This document shows, piece after piece, positions 33,989 through 47,199 of a DNA stretch of 64,000 bases. Numbering within the stretch: position 1 is the first letter of the stretch; the number at the start of each line of letters is the position of its first letter. This DNA is from Harriotta raleighana (Eukaryota), in NCBI GenBank assembly GCA_050575255.1, contig JBNZDD010013650.1:3132073-3196072 (forward strand). The letters run 5' to 3'. A program made the position numbers and the translations under genes. The notes beneath the pieces are model-generated. The model saw nothing but the letters and a program-made list of their open reading frames with translations, did no database searches and was not told where the DNA came from.

Positions 33989-36900
33989 CCAGGGCCTTAT
34001 ATCATAGTGAACAGTAGTGTTCCAGATACAGCCTGACCAGATCGGGAGCATTAGGGTTTGCAGTCAGTACACATACCAGCAACAAACAATTCAAAAGGTT
34101 TAAAGCGCCACCTTGCTCTCTGGGTTTGAATCCAGCCTGGGCTGAAGGGATGGATTTAGCATTAAGGATGGCTTGAAAAGTGATGTTATAACAAAACTAA
34201 ATCGCAATCTAAGTAATTGTCAATTACAGCACAATGTGCCTTTAAACTTGACACTAATAGGCCCTTTAAAAGTAAATCTAAATCAAACAGCATTCAGGGG
34301 AAAGCTGGCAAATGGGGAAACTGATAGGATTCCTTGTTGGGTATTTAGAATCCGTAAATTGGACTGACATTAATGAATGCATAGGCTATACGGGAATATC
34401 CTACATACTGNTCCGTAAATTGGACTGACATTAATGAATGCATAGGCTATACGGGAATATCTCCATTATTCCCGGACAAAAAACAAAAACTTGGAATGCT
34501 GCGCTGCCTGTAGCAGCAGGCTATGTATGGGACATTCCACATTTTGTTCCCGAGCTCCTGAAAAGATCTGGAACGTAAGAGATCCCATTGAAGATGATGT
34601 TGTGGAGTTCCTTTGATGATAATATTCGAAAGGAGAGGATGCATTCCAGAATCGAAGCTCTGTCCCGAAGAGATAGCAATGCCTTTCCTTGAAAAGATGT
34701 ATCTTCAATGCCTCATACAAATCTTCACGGAGCTGGCAAGATGGGCAGGAACCAAGAGTTGAAGCCAATATTGAATCTATCGAAGCTTTTTTAAAGTTGT
34801 CAAGAAAATCCATAACCAAGAGAGCAATTTTGTTATCATTTTTTCTTACAAAAATAAAAGAAAAGTTGAGCCCCTGACTCTTGTTCAGCTCTGAGATGCC
34901 TGGCAGCCTCACTCCTTTCTAATCCAATGTTATGCACAGGAACCTGTAATTGAGAAGGTCGTGTGTTTTATTTCCCTTGGCAGAGATCGTGAAATTGAAT
35001 TTGTTTTGCTGAGACTAAGTGCACTATAACTTTCAGGTAACCCTTCGAGAAGCTCATGTTCTGATGAATGGGAGTTAAAGTATGCAGTCGAATTGTTATC
35101 AGAAAATAGTGTACATTCTCTATATTCTGTAGCTCTTACATCTACTGTTCATGGTAAGATAGCTGGTTAGATGAAAGGGGAAGATCGCAAGCATCCGAGA
35201 TAAAGGCTGTATACGGAACTTGCAGTGTGTCTCTCCTTTATCCGCGCTCTCATAACCAGCAAACTATTTAGGGCAGACAAGTGACCTTTTCTAAATGCTC
35301 TGCCAATGTTGCCCTCTAAAAGGCTGTTGCAGGCTGATTCAGGGCAACTCCAAGTGACTCGAGCTCCCTACCATGGTGGGAAAACTTTGCTTGCGACCTT
35401 CTTTTCCTCAGGAACTCACTGCTGGGGGAAATCAAAGGATTACCGGTAAGCCTGTATTTATGTGAACCATGGTGGAACTTACAGGAGTGCCAAGACTTGC
35501 ATCCAACCTGGCTCTGTGTGTGTGTGTATGTATGTTTGATGTTAGACAAATCCTTGTCGTTCTTGCTCATGAAAGGTTTGTATCATAGATTGTGCAAAGG
35601 AAAAATAAAGTCCTATTCAATAGTTAGATAAGTCCTGCTTGCAACTTTCATGTAAATTTAACGCCTGACGCTTATCATTGCTTATCAGATCTGGCAACTT
35701 CCCAGTCTCAAACTACAATTTGCTTTATCTGGGATCTCAAACCCACATAAGAAAAAAACTCAACTGCTAAACGCTAGCGGTAAAAGAAAACTAAATGCAA
35801 ATATGTTGTCCAAACTGGCACTTTGCTGTTGGAATTGCCGTGATTAACTGCCACAAGGGAGCAAATAAAAAGCTACAAGCCTCGGCTTGTTTCTTTACCA
35901 ACTCCTCGATGTACTAATGCGTCTGCATACATGTGCATCAAAACAAAGTTGTAATGAATGGAAACATTAATTATTGTTCTTGTTTGGAAAATAGAGAGCA
36001 AGTTGGTGCAATGGGACTCGAACGATCTCCTTACACTATTCAATAAGAAAAGGAAGTACTGTACCCTGGCTCATAGTGCTGCAAACTCATTGATTATTCA
36101 CCTCAAGGCGGTTTGTAGGACTTTGCTTTATGCAAATTGCCAGCCATACTCAAATATAAAAATAGGTACAGTACCACACTTGAAGTTTTGACAATGGGAT
36201 CTGTAAAAAAAATTAAATTGGATAAGATTCAGCGATGGTGGGAAAACAAAACATGTTGCATTAGTGTATTTGGGAGCACTCATCTACATCAGTGAGTTTC
36301 GGCAGATTTTTTGGATGAAATAGAGGCATTTTTATAATAGGGTATAACACATGTTTACCTTATTGGCAAAATTGGCAGGGTTAAATATTGTGCACAAGGG
36401 AAAAATGGTTTTAATAGATCCCAAGGAGTGGAACACAGGAGAAATGCTCTGCAGATAGATACATGTAGACACCTGTGTGGAACAGTTAATTGATTGTTAT
36501 AAAGCACAAGTTGTTCCAATCACCTCAATCCAGGCACCCAAAATGGTCTCCACCCTAGGAGGTTTTGTCACCGATGAATCCTAGCCCAGGCTATTGTAGG
36601 CCCAGATCAAGGTTAATCAAACCTAATTGGATGAAGCTGATAAGTGAGGGAGAATGTATTGTACTTGGTTAGAGCCTGGATGAGTGTTTTAATGGAGAGT
36701 TGACAGTCAAACAAAGAGTTAAGGTACTACAGACAGGCATCATGAATTGAAACAAACAACAGCGGAGGTTGATACAGGCAGGTCTGAGGTGAGAGAGTGC
36801 TGCCAAGAGCAGTTGTTTTGTTGATGTGATGAAAGTTAAGGTTCATCCACCATTAAATGTCTGAAAAGCAGACTATCAGTTGTCTGGAAATCCAGAATGG

Positions 36901-37171
36901 AGGTGGAAAGATAAAATTCAGCCATTCAATTCATCTGTGTTGAGGTGGAAATGGACTCAATGCCTGTGGATAACACCACCAACAGCATGAAGGTAAGGAA
37001 ATGGTAATTTAAGGAAAAATAAGTCATATTTCTGATGTTAGACTGACAATGGGTCCAGAGAAGTTTGTTTCCCTCTGGTATAGCCAGTTTAGGATTTTTT
37101 ATCTCACCCAGTGTGTTATTATCTAATGAGTGGCTAATACTAACTGGTCAGTTGATAATATTTACACTTAT

Positions 37172-37440
37172 TAATAATAATAATCCTTGCATTTGATATA
37201 GTGCTTTTCACTGTATAGTGAATTCACTGTACATTTGTGGGCGAAACACAGCAGCCAATTGTGCAAAGCAGTGTCCCTCAGTCGTGGATTGAAACAACCA
37301 AGTTATTATAGGTTTTTTCATGACGGATTATTATTAGGAGTGTAGAGTAAGGAAACTTGCCCAAGGTTTCGTCCTGACCTGCCTGGATTCGAAACTCAGG
37401 TCTCACTCTTGAAAGGCAAGTGCTCTAACCACTGAGTTAC
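37172..37440 (-). mobile_element. SINE, short variant (left member of a head-to-head pair)
   Basis: Tail at 37172, and tRNA head GTAACTCAGTGGTTAGAGC on the minus strand reaching 37440. Confidence 0.88.
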
Positions 37441-37716
37441 TGAGGCCTGTGTTCGAATCTAGGCAGGTCAGCGCGAAACCTTGGGCAAGTTTCCTTACTC
37501 CACATGCCTAATAATAATCTCCCAAGAAAGAATAAATTTAAAAAAAAAAATTTGGTCACTCAACCCATGACTGTTTGTGGGACACTGCTGTGCGCAATTG
37601 GTTGCCACATTTTGCCCACAACTATACAGTCAATTCATTTTACAGTATATTCTGTGAAAGCCCTTGAAATGTCCAGAAGGCAAGACAAGTGCTATATCAA
37701 ATGTAAGGATTATTAA
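37441..37716 (+). mobile_element. SINE, short variant lacking the A box (right member of the pair)
   Basis: Starts at TGAGGCCTGTGTTCGAATC (B box) and runs to ATCAAATGTAAGGATTATT. Confidence 0.88.
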
Positions 37717-39599
37717 ACCTCTCTACATCCATCCGTCTCCCAGTGTTAGAGCAATCTAGCGTGATTGACACCTGTGGAAACTGCACATCAGCATGATTCA
37801 CCCACCTTCAGGAGAGAACAAGAAATGGGATAACATTTTACATGTTGTCACAACTGGCATTTATAACATAAAATTAAATATCCACTGAGAAATATGGCAC
37901 CTAAACAGGTCATTAATGGATGAGATTACATTCCACAATTTCAGATTAATCGTAGTACAGTATAAAGTCCTTGTCTATTTTTGCTTTGGGGCATTACTTA
38001 TAATCGTGTCAAGTAGAACACCATCCTTCATAGAAGATGTAACATTTCAAATTAAAATATTTGATTAAGAGTGATGTTCAATCTATGCTCTCACTATTCA
38101 GCGGGTTTCCATCCCAGGACTGTACTTGTAAGATGCTGAAAACAAACTTTCAGCATAGACACAAGAGAAATATTTTTTGGGGGGGGGGGGTGGTTGGATG
38201 GGGTGGAAACAACCTGCTAACAGGGACCAGCTTGAATGCTACAGTGCAACGGAGAACAAGACATTCAGTAACAGTTTAAATTGCTCTGCACTTTTCACAA
38301 CAAATGCAAAGGAACTCGAAGTCCAAGGATAAGAATTCAATAGCAGAAAATAAATCTGACAAATGGTCCTCTGGTGACAGATGGGGAGCTTGCCATCTTT
38401 TCCTTCTACAATCCCATGAGGCCTTTACCCACCTATCAAGCGTTGCCAAAGTTTCTTTTTTTTCTCCCTATGTTTTATGATTATCTGCGAGATAAAGTGT
38501 ATTGTAGTGGCGCCTGCCAGGTCGGGCTGAGGGCCAAAATATACAGGGAATTCAGATTATTTTTTTGAAGGGCTTTGATAGATCGGTTTAGTTGAGATCT
38601 GGGGGTGGGCAGGGGTTGGGAGGGTTCAAAGTGGGGGGAAGGTGGGGTATTGGGAGATCAGGGCCGAATGGATAGTCAGAGCTTTACAGTCTCTGTTGAG
38701 CAGCACCTCACTGATCTGCCATCCCCTCGCCTCACAGTAAAATAAAGTTTTTTATCAAATCCATCTTTCCTTTCGTCAGCGAGCCAGCTTTGTCTGTATT
38801 CCTTCCTTCAGTGATACGGCGTCACAAAACACTTTACATGGGATTGCAGAATCTCCACAGTGGTTCCATGAATGAATACAAGAACCTTGTAACACAGAAA
38901 GGTCAGCCTGTACTACAACAACAGTAAATTGCATTTATTTGGTGCGTTCTCACGTCAGGCAGATGTGCTGAGGATCTGGGCAATGGACAATGTTTACTCC
39001 ACAAATCTGTCCCTTTGGTTCTCAAATCTGCCTGCCTGGCTGGCAGTGGGGTAGGTATTCCCACTGACTGGCACCTCAGTGATCCTGAACGTGATTGCTG
39101 TAAACCTGCAGCACACTTTATGCCCAGGATCCATTGTGAAGCGCTCTGAGATGCCATCTGGCGCGGAGGGCGCTATATAAATCAAAGTTGTTATTGCTGC
39201 TGCTACAATAACACTAACTCGTGCTGTAGTGACTGCAGCATACTCCTCTCCAATGCTGTATGTACTGAACATGATAAGCTTGCTTTTTGAAGTTGTGAAA
39301 CCTTAATTGGTGGGGCCTCATTAACTGTAATGTCTTCATAGATAGCTCATCCCTGGTAGCAGCATTTGGATCACTATCTCTGTTGCTGCTAAACCCGAAG
39401 CTACACAGAAAGTCTCTTTACAGCATTGATGGACGTTGACTGAAAATAAGATGGCAACAAAATCGGTAGGCACACAAAATCAGTGTTCAAAAGAATGTTA
39501 GTGTTTTTCAAAGTGCTGCTCATTTTTTCTAGTTGTGACTGGAGAAAATGCTACTATTCTAATGCACTGGACTCCCCCATGTACAAATTTTTAATGATT

Positions 39600-40086
39600 T
39601 CAAAACTCTACCATCCAGATACTCACCCACACAAAACTCCATACCCCCATCACATCAGTCCTTGCCAGGCTCCACTTTCTCCCAATTACCGAAAGGATCA
39701 ATTTAAAGATCTTCTCACTCGTATTTAAATCCTTTCATGCCCTTGCACCTCCCTATCTATTTCCACCTGCATAACCCCTACTCCAGCACCCACTTCCTCT
39801 GCTCAGTAGACTCCAGCCTCAAGTTTGTCCTTCATCCCCTCTGTTCCTGTATTCGTGACTGTGCCTTCAACCACTCTGCCCAAAACGTTGGAACTCTCTC
39901 CCTCAATCCTTCCGCCTTGCCCCCTCTCTCCCCACTTTCAAATCTCACCTAAAGATCTTCCTTTTTGATTGTACTTACAATCACCTCCCTTTCGCCCCAC
40001 CCGGCTCAGTGTCAAACTCCGCCACTGTCAAATGCTCCAGGATCTTGCCCGTGTGAAGGGCTCTATATAAATGCACGTTGTTGTTC
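39600..40086 (+). mobile_element. L2 3' fragment
   Basis: HHISP..ARLH..PI..RINLKI-like remnants, TTTCAAATCTCACCTAAAGATCTTCCTTTTTGA (FKSHLKIFLFD) and tail GGGCTCTATATAAATGCACGTTGTTGTT. Confidence 0.8.
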
Positions 40087-40664
40087 AAGTGGAATTGCAC
40101 ACCGTGGAGAAAACGTGATCATTGCACACTTTAGCAAGGGCTGTGAGTCATACAAGGGGTTACTGCATTTCATGGTTTCAGTGTAGGCAAGAGGCAGGCT
40201 GGGAACTGGGCTCTTCACTGCACCCCACCCCCCCCCGCTGGGTCAGTATGAATGGGGACAGCTGTGGGCAGCACTCCACATGTATGATGTCATTGGAACA
40301 GAACTTTAGGATGTCACTCAGGGAGGGAAGCTCCGGATAGAACGCCCTGCTCCCAGCCTGGCCCTCGCTGGCAGTTTGGAAGTGCAGCCTGTGTAAGAAA
40401 GGAAACCAGATTGGTGTATATTGTTTAACAGGGCATTGACAGAATTCAACATTTCCTCTTTATTAGGTCAGCCATGTTGAGTGGGGAAATATTGGGCAAA
40501 AGGGAGCAGCAGTAACATCAACAGAGACACAGTCAGTAACTCAGGGAGCTGCAGTTAAAGATCTTGACAGTGGATTAGAATCAGGAGAGTTACCATCTAT
40601 AACACGGGGTATTTCCTGGCTGGAAGGAGTTGCTGAGCAAAACAATGTGAGGAAACTAGATTAT

Positions 40665-40882
40665 GGAGTCCTGTAGCTCAGTGCTTAGAGCATTTGCCTC
40701 GTAAGCAAAAAACCTAGGTTTACCAGCAGGGCGAAACCTTGGGGGAGTTTCTTTACTTCCACACACCGGATAATAATCCCTCTTTCAAAAACAAAAATTG
40801 GTCACTTCAATCCACAACTGTTTGTGGGACACTGCTGTGCGTTTCGCCCACAAATGTACTGTACTGTGAATTCACTATACAG
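40665..40882 (+). mobile_element. SINE 5' two-thirds
   Basis: GGAGTCCTGTAGCTCAGTGCTTAGAGC head followed by the family body. Confidence 0.85.
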
Positions 40883-42044
40883 CAAAATCTGGATTTATGA
40901 ACGCAACTTTGCAGGGAATGTGTATTGGAATAAAGCAATCGTATGAATGATATGCCAGTGATTTTTTTGGATAAAATGAAATGCTTCTTTATGAGAAATG
41001 TGGGAGGAATATGAAGAGGAGAATGGTTCAGTGGTAACTGGATGGACTTGTTCTCTATGCAGAACACAGAGATCTGAAACTGAATGTAATGCTGCAGGTT
41101 TTGCTGCAGATTTATCACAACTTTTGCGACTCAGGACTAATGTTAAGCACAGGCATCTTTAAGGAGCCATCTGAAGAGGTCTGAAAGTTGTTTTGGAAAA
41201 TCACAAGACAGGTTCAGGTAAAGAAAGCTTTCTGAGCCAACTGATCACATTCCTCCAGAACATCCACCCCTACCTTCCTCCCATCAAGCTGTTTTATAAG
41301 TGAGCCCAGTGTCCTGGACTCAACCATCCTTCCTAGCAATCTTTCCTGTCATTATTTACCATTTGGGTAAAGAAAAACTTGCTGATGTCTGAAATTACCC
41401 ATTGCAAACTAAGCCCATGTCATCTGGTTCGTCTGTCTTAAGTGTAACCGCAACTCAAGTGAATAGATAGTGTCAATGTCTTCCACTCTTCTGTAATTGT
41501 TCTTCATGTTGCAATATCAACCAACAGCTCAGGTGCCATCTGGGATCATTTTTTTCAATGTTGTTATGTTTTATATTATAAGGCATCTTGTTTCTATTGA
41601 AATGAATGATGGTTTTAGGCTAAATTTAAGTTGAGTTTGCTCTGATCATATACATGTGATAAGAGACCATATGATTTTACCTTGTTGCCATGAGAAAAAT
41701 GTATTTGGTCTCACAGGGCTTTTTCAAAAAATGTTGGGTACTTTCCAGATAAAGGCTATCGCTCACCACCTCAACGTGCCACAGAATTTGGAAAAGTCGG
41801 CTCAAGATCGTGCCTCACTCCTGAAAAGAGTAATCATTTCAGTCCTGCTCTGACAGACAAAAGCTACAGTAAATGTGGCCAATGAGAAGCGCTACATTGC
41901 AAAACATAGTGCAACGTTCCTTTTGCAAGGAAATCCTTGAGGCCCTCAGACCAAAGCATTTCACCGGACCCCACCTCATGGCCGGTACTCACTACTTGCA
42001 GCAAAAGGGTTTCCCCCGAATGTAATGGGATCTCACACCTACCA

Positions 42045-42290
42045 GTAAACATTCAAGGGGAACAATGAGAAAAAAATATTTCCATCAAGGAGAGTTGTAT
42101 GTAGAATTCTCTGCCAAACTGTGTTGGGAAGCAGAAATCCGTCAATTATTTTTTTCAAAGGGAATTGGATAGATTTTTGAAAAGGAGTGATATCAAAGGT
42201 ATGAGGAGTTGGATTTGATTGACTGACACTTTGGAGACTATTAGAGGTGCCCATTTGGTGGGGGCGAATGGCCTGTTTCTAAGCTGTAAC
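42045..42290 (+). mobile_element. CR1 3' end fragment
   Basis: GAGAGTTGT...GAATTCTCTGCCA...TTCAAAGGGAATTGGATAGATTTTTG...GGGCGAATGGCCTGTTTCT. Confidence 0.65.
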
Positions 42291-42559
42291 ATTCATTTAG
42301 GCAAAAATCTGTCAAACATTTACAACCTAATCCATTGCTGAGGTTGGTAATGACACAAATTGCCCTTTAGAGGCATTTCAATAATTCATTAGCTTTTTTC
42401 AGAGAGCTGAACATTCGCTGGTTACTTTCAATAATAAATGAATAGTCACAAATTCTTTCCCATTTCCACCACTAGTAAAGGGTCTGTATTCCCTGTTCGT
42501 ACATTTCCTTTTTCATTTCTCCTTATAATCTATCTGCCTGTTCCTCAGCCCATCCATTT

Positions 42560-42810
42560 TCTTTTTCCCAAATGCGTTTGAATGGGATCAGTGTAGGTGA
42601 CACTCTCGACCTTGCTACATAGTGCAGTGTCATCATCACATTTTATATCCCTACAGGAAGCCGTCTCCTCCATATTGTTTATGAGTAGTGTGAACAGCTG
42701 GACGCCCACAACAGAGCCTGTGGAACTTCACTTGTCAATGTCTTTAGAAAGGGCCCTGTCCATTTATCATCATCTTCTGCTTTTAGATTCAAAACCAATT
42801 TCTAATCCAA
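42560..42810 (-). mobile_element. CR1 RT fragment, degenerate
   Basis: GTGTCATCATCAC...ATATTGTTTATGAGTAGTGTGAACAGC...CCCACAACAGAGCCTGTGGAACT is the antisense of VPQGSVVG..LF...IN....DDT. Confidence 0.65.
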
Positions 42811-42898
42811 ATCAGAGTACAGAGCCCAGTATCCGCACTAATGGGACCAATTGTGGATATGGAAAATGATGCCCAGAAGTCATTGTGCAAATACAAAT

Positions 42899-43397
42899 AT
42901 AATAATAATCCTTGCATTTGATAAAGCACTTTTCACGTCTTCTAGACGTTTCAAAGCGCTTCACAGAATATACAGTGAAGTGAATTGACTAAAATAAAAT
43001 TGCAGGTGAAACACGCTAGCCAGTTTCACATAGGTTTTTTTTTGGGATGGATTATTGTTAGGCATATGGAGTAAATACTCCTTTTCTATTTCTCCCTTTG
43101 CTGCAGGATCTGGAGTCCTGAAACACAGAGTGATTCTGCATATTCCTGTGGTTGATGCATTCCTAATAATAATCCTTGCATTTGATCTGGTGCTTTTTCA
43201 CGTCTTCTAGATATTTTAAAGCTCTTCGCAGAATATACTGTAACATGAATTGACTGTGTATGTAAGTGGGCGAAACACAGCGGCCAATTGCGTGCAGCAG
43301 TGTCCCACAAACAGTCATGGATTGAAATGACCAATTTTTTTTTGAGGGATTATTATCAGGCATGTGGAATAAGGAAACTTGCCCAAGGTTTCGCTTT
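42899..43397 (-). mobile_element. Two tandem SINE copies (42899-43075 and 43163-43397)
   Basis: Both begin (AAT)nCCTTGCATTTGAT and follow the family consensus. Confidence 0.88.
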
Positions 43398-43458
43398 TCT
43401 GATGGTAGCTCACTCCAGCTGTTGGTCCGACTCTTTTGCCACAGGGCCAAGTATTGTA

Positions 43459-43697
43459 CAACAACAACAACAACAACAAAATTACACTTATAGAGCGCGT
43501 TTCACGTCAGGAGGACGTCCCAAGGCGCTGGACAGATTGGTTCAGGACCTGAGCAAGGGAAAATGTTCAGGGCGAGGGGGGGGAAGGGTGGGAGCAAGGA
43601 GGGGGTAGAGACTCGAGAGGGGCGTTGAAGGCACGGTCGAAGAGAAAGGTCTTGAGACCGGCCTTGAAAGAGGAAAGGGAGGAAGCGAGGTGAAGGT
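43459..43697 (-). mobile_element. Young L2 3' end with (CAA)n tail
   Basis: (CAA)n...TTATAGAGCGCGTTTCACGTCAGGAGGACGTCCCAAGGCGCTG...GGCACGGTCGAAGAGAAAGGTCTTGAG (minus strand FKAGLKTFLFDRA), CpGs largely intact. Confidence 0.88.
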
Positions 43698-44892
43698 ACA
43701 GTAGGTATACCTCCTTGAGTCTTCTATTCTTGCTCCTTACAACTACAGTACTAGGAGCTGGGCTAATTCTGGTTGTAGCTCATTTCCCATAGGGCATTCA
43801 TTTGATCACTCTGTACTTGATTTGAACCCAAGCACCAAGTAACAAAGGACAGTGTCATCCTTTACCTTACAAGCTCCTGGACTCTCTCCCAGTGTCCTGG
43901 CCATTCACTTCATGGCTGTTTGTGAGATATTGCTGTTTGCTTACTAAATAAAGTCACTGCACTTTATATTAATTCCTGTAAAATACTTTGAGATGATTTG
44001 ACATGATCAGGTCCTATATTAAATGTAATAAATGTTATTATATTATAACCTTTACAATCACACTTTTTGTTTTGATCCAAATGTTTATTACAATTTTTTT
44101 TAAAAAAACTCATATTTTAACTGAATTTATAGCATTAAAGATGATCTCCTATCAAACTGCCAATTGTATAATTGTACCTACTGTGTAGAAACAGAATAAA
44201 ATAACTTCTGGCACTTGACCAAAACCATCACAGGACTTGTTCAGCCAGGCTGAACCCACTGCTTGCTGGATAGCCTCAACTGACACAGATTATTACTCAG
44301 AAATACAGCTATCGGTTTCTTAAATAACTGGAAGTCAATGCTGAGGCCACAATTACACAGTGGGATCTCTAGTACAGATAGTCCTTTAATCACTTTGGGT
44401 TAGCATTGCTCTTCTCTGATGGAAATTGGCATAACATCATTTAAAATCCCATTTTCTCATCTCTTTTGAATCCTAATTTGCTTGAGTTTGTGACTATTAC
44501 AACAACCACAGAGCAGCTTGACACCCTGTTTATAGTGCAGTACTAGAAGTGAAGTAATTCCCATGAAGCCTGAGGTATATTGACCACAGCTCATCAAAGA
44601 AGACAATATTAAAAGTCTTCCGCCTGACATCAGAGTGGTGAACGTGCTTTGCTAAGTGATCTTTCTAGCCGAGTCTCAGGGAGACGCATTTTTAAACTGT
44701 ACAGCTCAGCATTCATTATAATGGCTTTCAAATATCATGGTAATCTTCCCTAAATATAACAATATAAGCACAGCACTCAATAGAAACAAAGAACGCATGT
44801 TTTATAAAAAATGCAGGACTTTATGTTCTGTGATGCTCTTTGAGACGTCTCGAAGTGACAAGGCATTAAATCAAATGCAAGGATTATTACTA

Positions 44893-45258
44893 TTAATCCG
44901 TGCATTTGATATAGCGCTTTATCGCGAAGTAAGATACTGCATCTCAAAGTGCTTCACGGAATATACTGTAGAGCAAATTGCCTGTTTATTCTGTGGGCGA
45001 AACATGGCAGCCAATTGCGCACAGGGTCCCACGAACATTTGTGGATTGAGTGACCAAATTATTCATTTTTTAAAAGAATCCTATTGCCCCCAGAAAAGCG
45101 ATTCGCCAATCGGCTAACAACCGGGTTCCAAGTTACTGTTAGATAAACAGAGGCATGTAGAGTAAGGAAACTTGCCTAAAGTTTTGCCCCGCTTGGGAAT
45201 CAAACCCGGGTCCTCTCGTTTGCAAGCCGATGACACGAACCGCTATGCTGCAGACTTC
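44893..45258 (-). mobile_element. Full-length SINE, long variant
   Basis: Tail at 44893, body, extra central segment, B box GGGTTTGATTCCC and head near 45258. Confidence 0.88.
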
Positions 45259-45792
45259 ACGACTACAGTCAGTGTTACCGAGTCAGCCCCACAGGAGGTT
45301 AATCCAGATCCCTCACAATGTCACTCAGAAACTCCTTCCAGCTAACTACCTGTGTTACTGATTGTATCTCTCCTGAAGTTAATCCAGTTTCCTATCCTGT
45401 CAGTCAGTAACTCCATCCAGCCAGGCACACTTGAGTTATTGAATCAAGCTTAGAATCTCCTTACATTGAGTACCCCATGCTACTGGCTGTGTAATTTTCT
45501 CCCACCTTGCCTCGGGTGTTGTTGGCAAGTATTACATCCCAACTGGCTTCCCTGGTGATTTAATGAACTCAACACAGACTAGGATTTGAATCAACAACTT
45601 TCCTTACTTCAGGAGACAGCAGTTTTTTCATTTGTTTTTTTTTTAACCTTCACTCCGTTCTATTTTCTTCATTCGTAAAATGTTAAGAAGGTTCAGAAAT
45701 GTGAAAATCTGCTCATCACTAAAATTAGGGAGAAAAATAATGTATCAACTCTTGACTGAAACAAGAAATAATTTATTTAGAAGGAGCTAATA

Positions 45793-45960
45793 TTAATAAT
45801 AATTCTTGCGTTTGATAGAGGGCCTTATCACATCATTTGAGACGTCTCAAAATGCTTCACAGAATATAATGTAAAGTGAATTGACAGCGTATTTTGTTGG
45901 TGAAGCGTGGCAGCCAATGGCTGCATAAACAGTCGTGGATGGAGTAACCAAATTATTATT
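45793..45960 (-). mobile_element. SINE 3' half
   Basis: GACGTCTCAAAATGCTTCACAGAATATAATGTAAAGTGAATTGAC. Confidence 0.8.
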
Positions 45961-46107
45961 ATATTATTTCGCTTCAAAATAAAAAGCAGTGAAGTCATTC
46001 CGAAGTGGAAAATGTATCAAGCTATCTGTGTCAATCTATGAAGTGGGCTGCTGCCTTGATAACAAATACAGCAGCGAGTTTAAAAAGCACGGCTGAAATG
46101 TTTCTGA

Positions 46108-46131
46108 TGAAGAAGAAGAAGAAGAAGAAGA
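46108..46131. repeat. (GAA)n microsatellite
   Basis: Directly visible. Confidence 0.9.
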
Positions 46132-47199
46132 ATACCGGGCTTGTTCCACAATGCACATCCACGGCTCTCGCTCTGCCTATGAGGATCTCAAAGAAGATGC
46201 CTTCCCCTTTAAATATGAGTGTTCTGATTGATGGCGAAATCATCTGGAGGACGGAGAGATGGAGGGGACTGCGCATTGTTCCTCAGCAGTGTGGTGCTGT
46301 GTGAGTCTCCCTGGAGACCTGGGCAGTGTCTCCAAGCATGCTTTCATCTCAGTGACCTGCAAGCGAGCACTGAGAGGTCGAGTCGCACACAAGCAGAGGC
46401 AGTCTCCAGTTGTGGAGTTGGGTATGGGGGGGGGGGTGGAGGGGGGGGGCAGCAGGCGGGGGTGGGGTTAGATGTGGAAATCAAAAGATATCCTGAGCGA
46501 AAGAACAGAAGGAACTCGAGGACGGAGAAATAAAGTATTATTTGTCACTGTAAAAACAACAGATCTAAAAAGATTGATCCCCCCCATTGAACAGTAAAAG
46601 TTTAGATTAGTTCTTTCACATTTACGGGGGCAATGACTTTTAGGTTGTTTTTAGTAGGGCACATTTTTATCACTATTAAATAACCTCTCCATATCCTTTC
46701 AAGAAACGGAAATGTCTATTCCGGGCTTTTAATTTCTTGTGGAAACAAATCTCAGTGCTGCACTGATTTTTCTCAGTTTGCTCTAGCTCTCGAGTTGTTG
46801 AGATTTTTTTTACACACTCCCTCTCTGGTGAAAGATCTGATGAAACGACAGGAGGATGTGGCCATCAGTCATTAAACATACCCTGCTCAGGAGTACAAAA
46901 GGGATGGTGTCTGTTCACTGTTTCACGGGGTCTGAAAGACTTGGGAGTGTAAAGGGAAAGGGGATAGGACACCGGCTCCCAATTAACAAACAAGGATTTT
47001 CTAATTCTTGAAAATACTCTGGAGAGACGAACCATATCAGCACTATGTTGTTTGTTTTAGTCCCCTCTCCCCTCAGCTTTCTCCCATCCCTCGGAACCTG
47101 AATGCGCTGACTCGTGCTGGGGGCTCATTCTTCATGTGTGAACCTAGACAGCGAGTGTCAGCAGGTTACTGGACCCTGGTGGGACAGCACAGCCAATTC

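Noticed and set aside
34351-34461. 50-bp direct repeat
   Set aside because: It straddles a single n at 34411, so it is probably an assembly overlap artefact.
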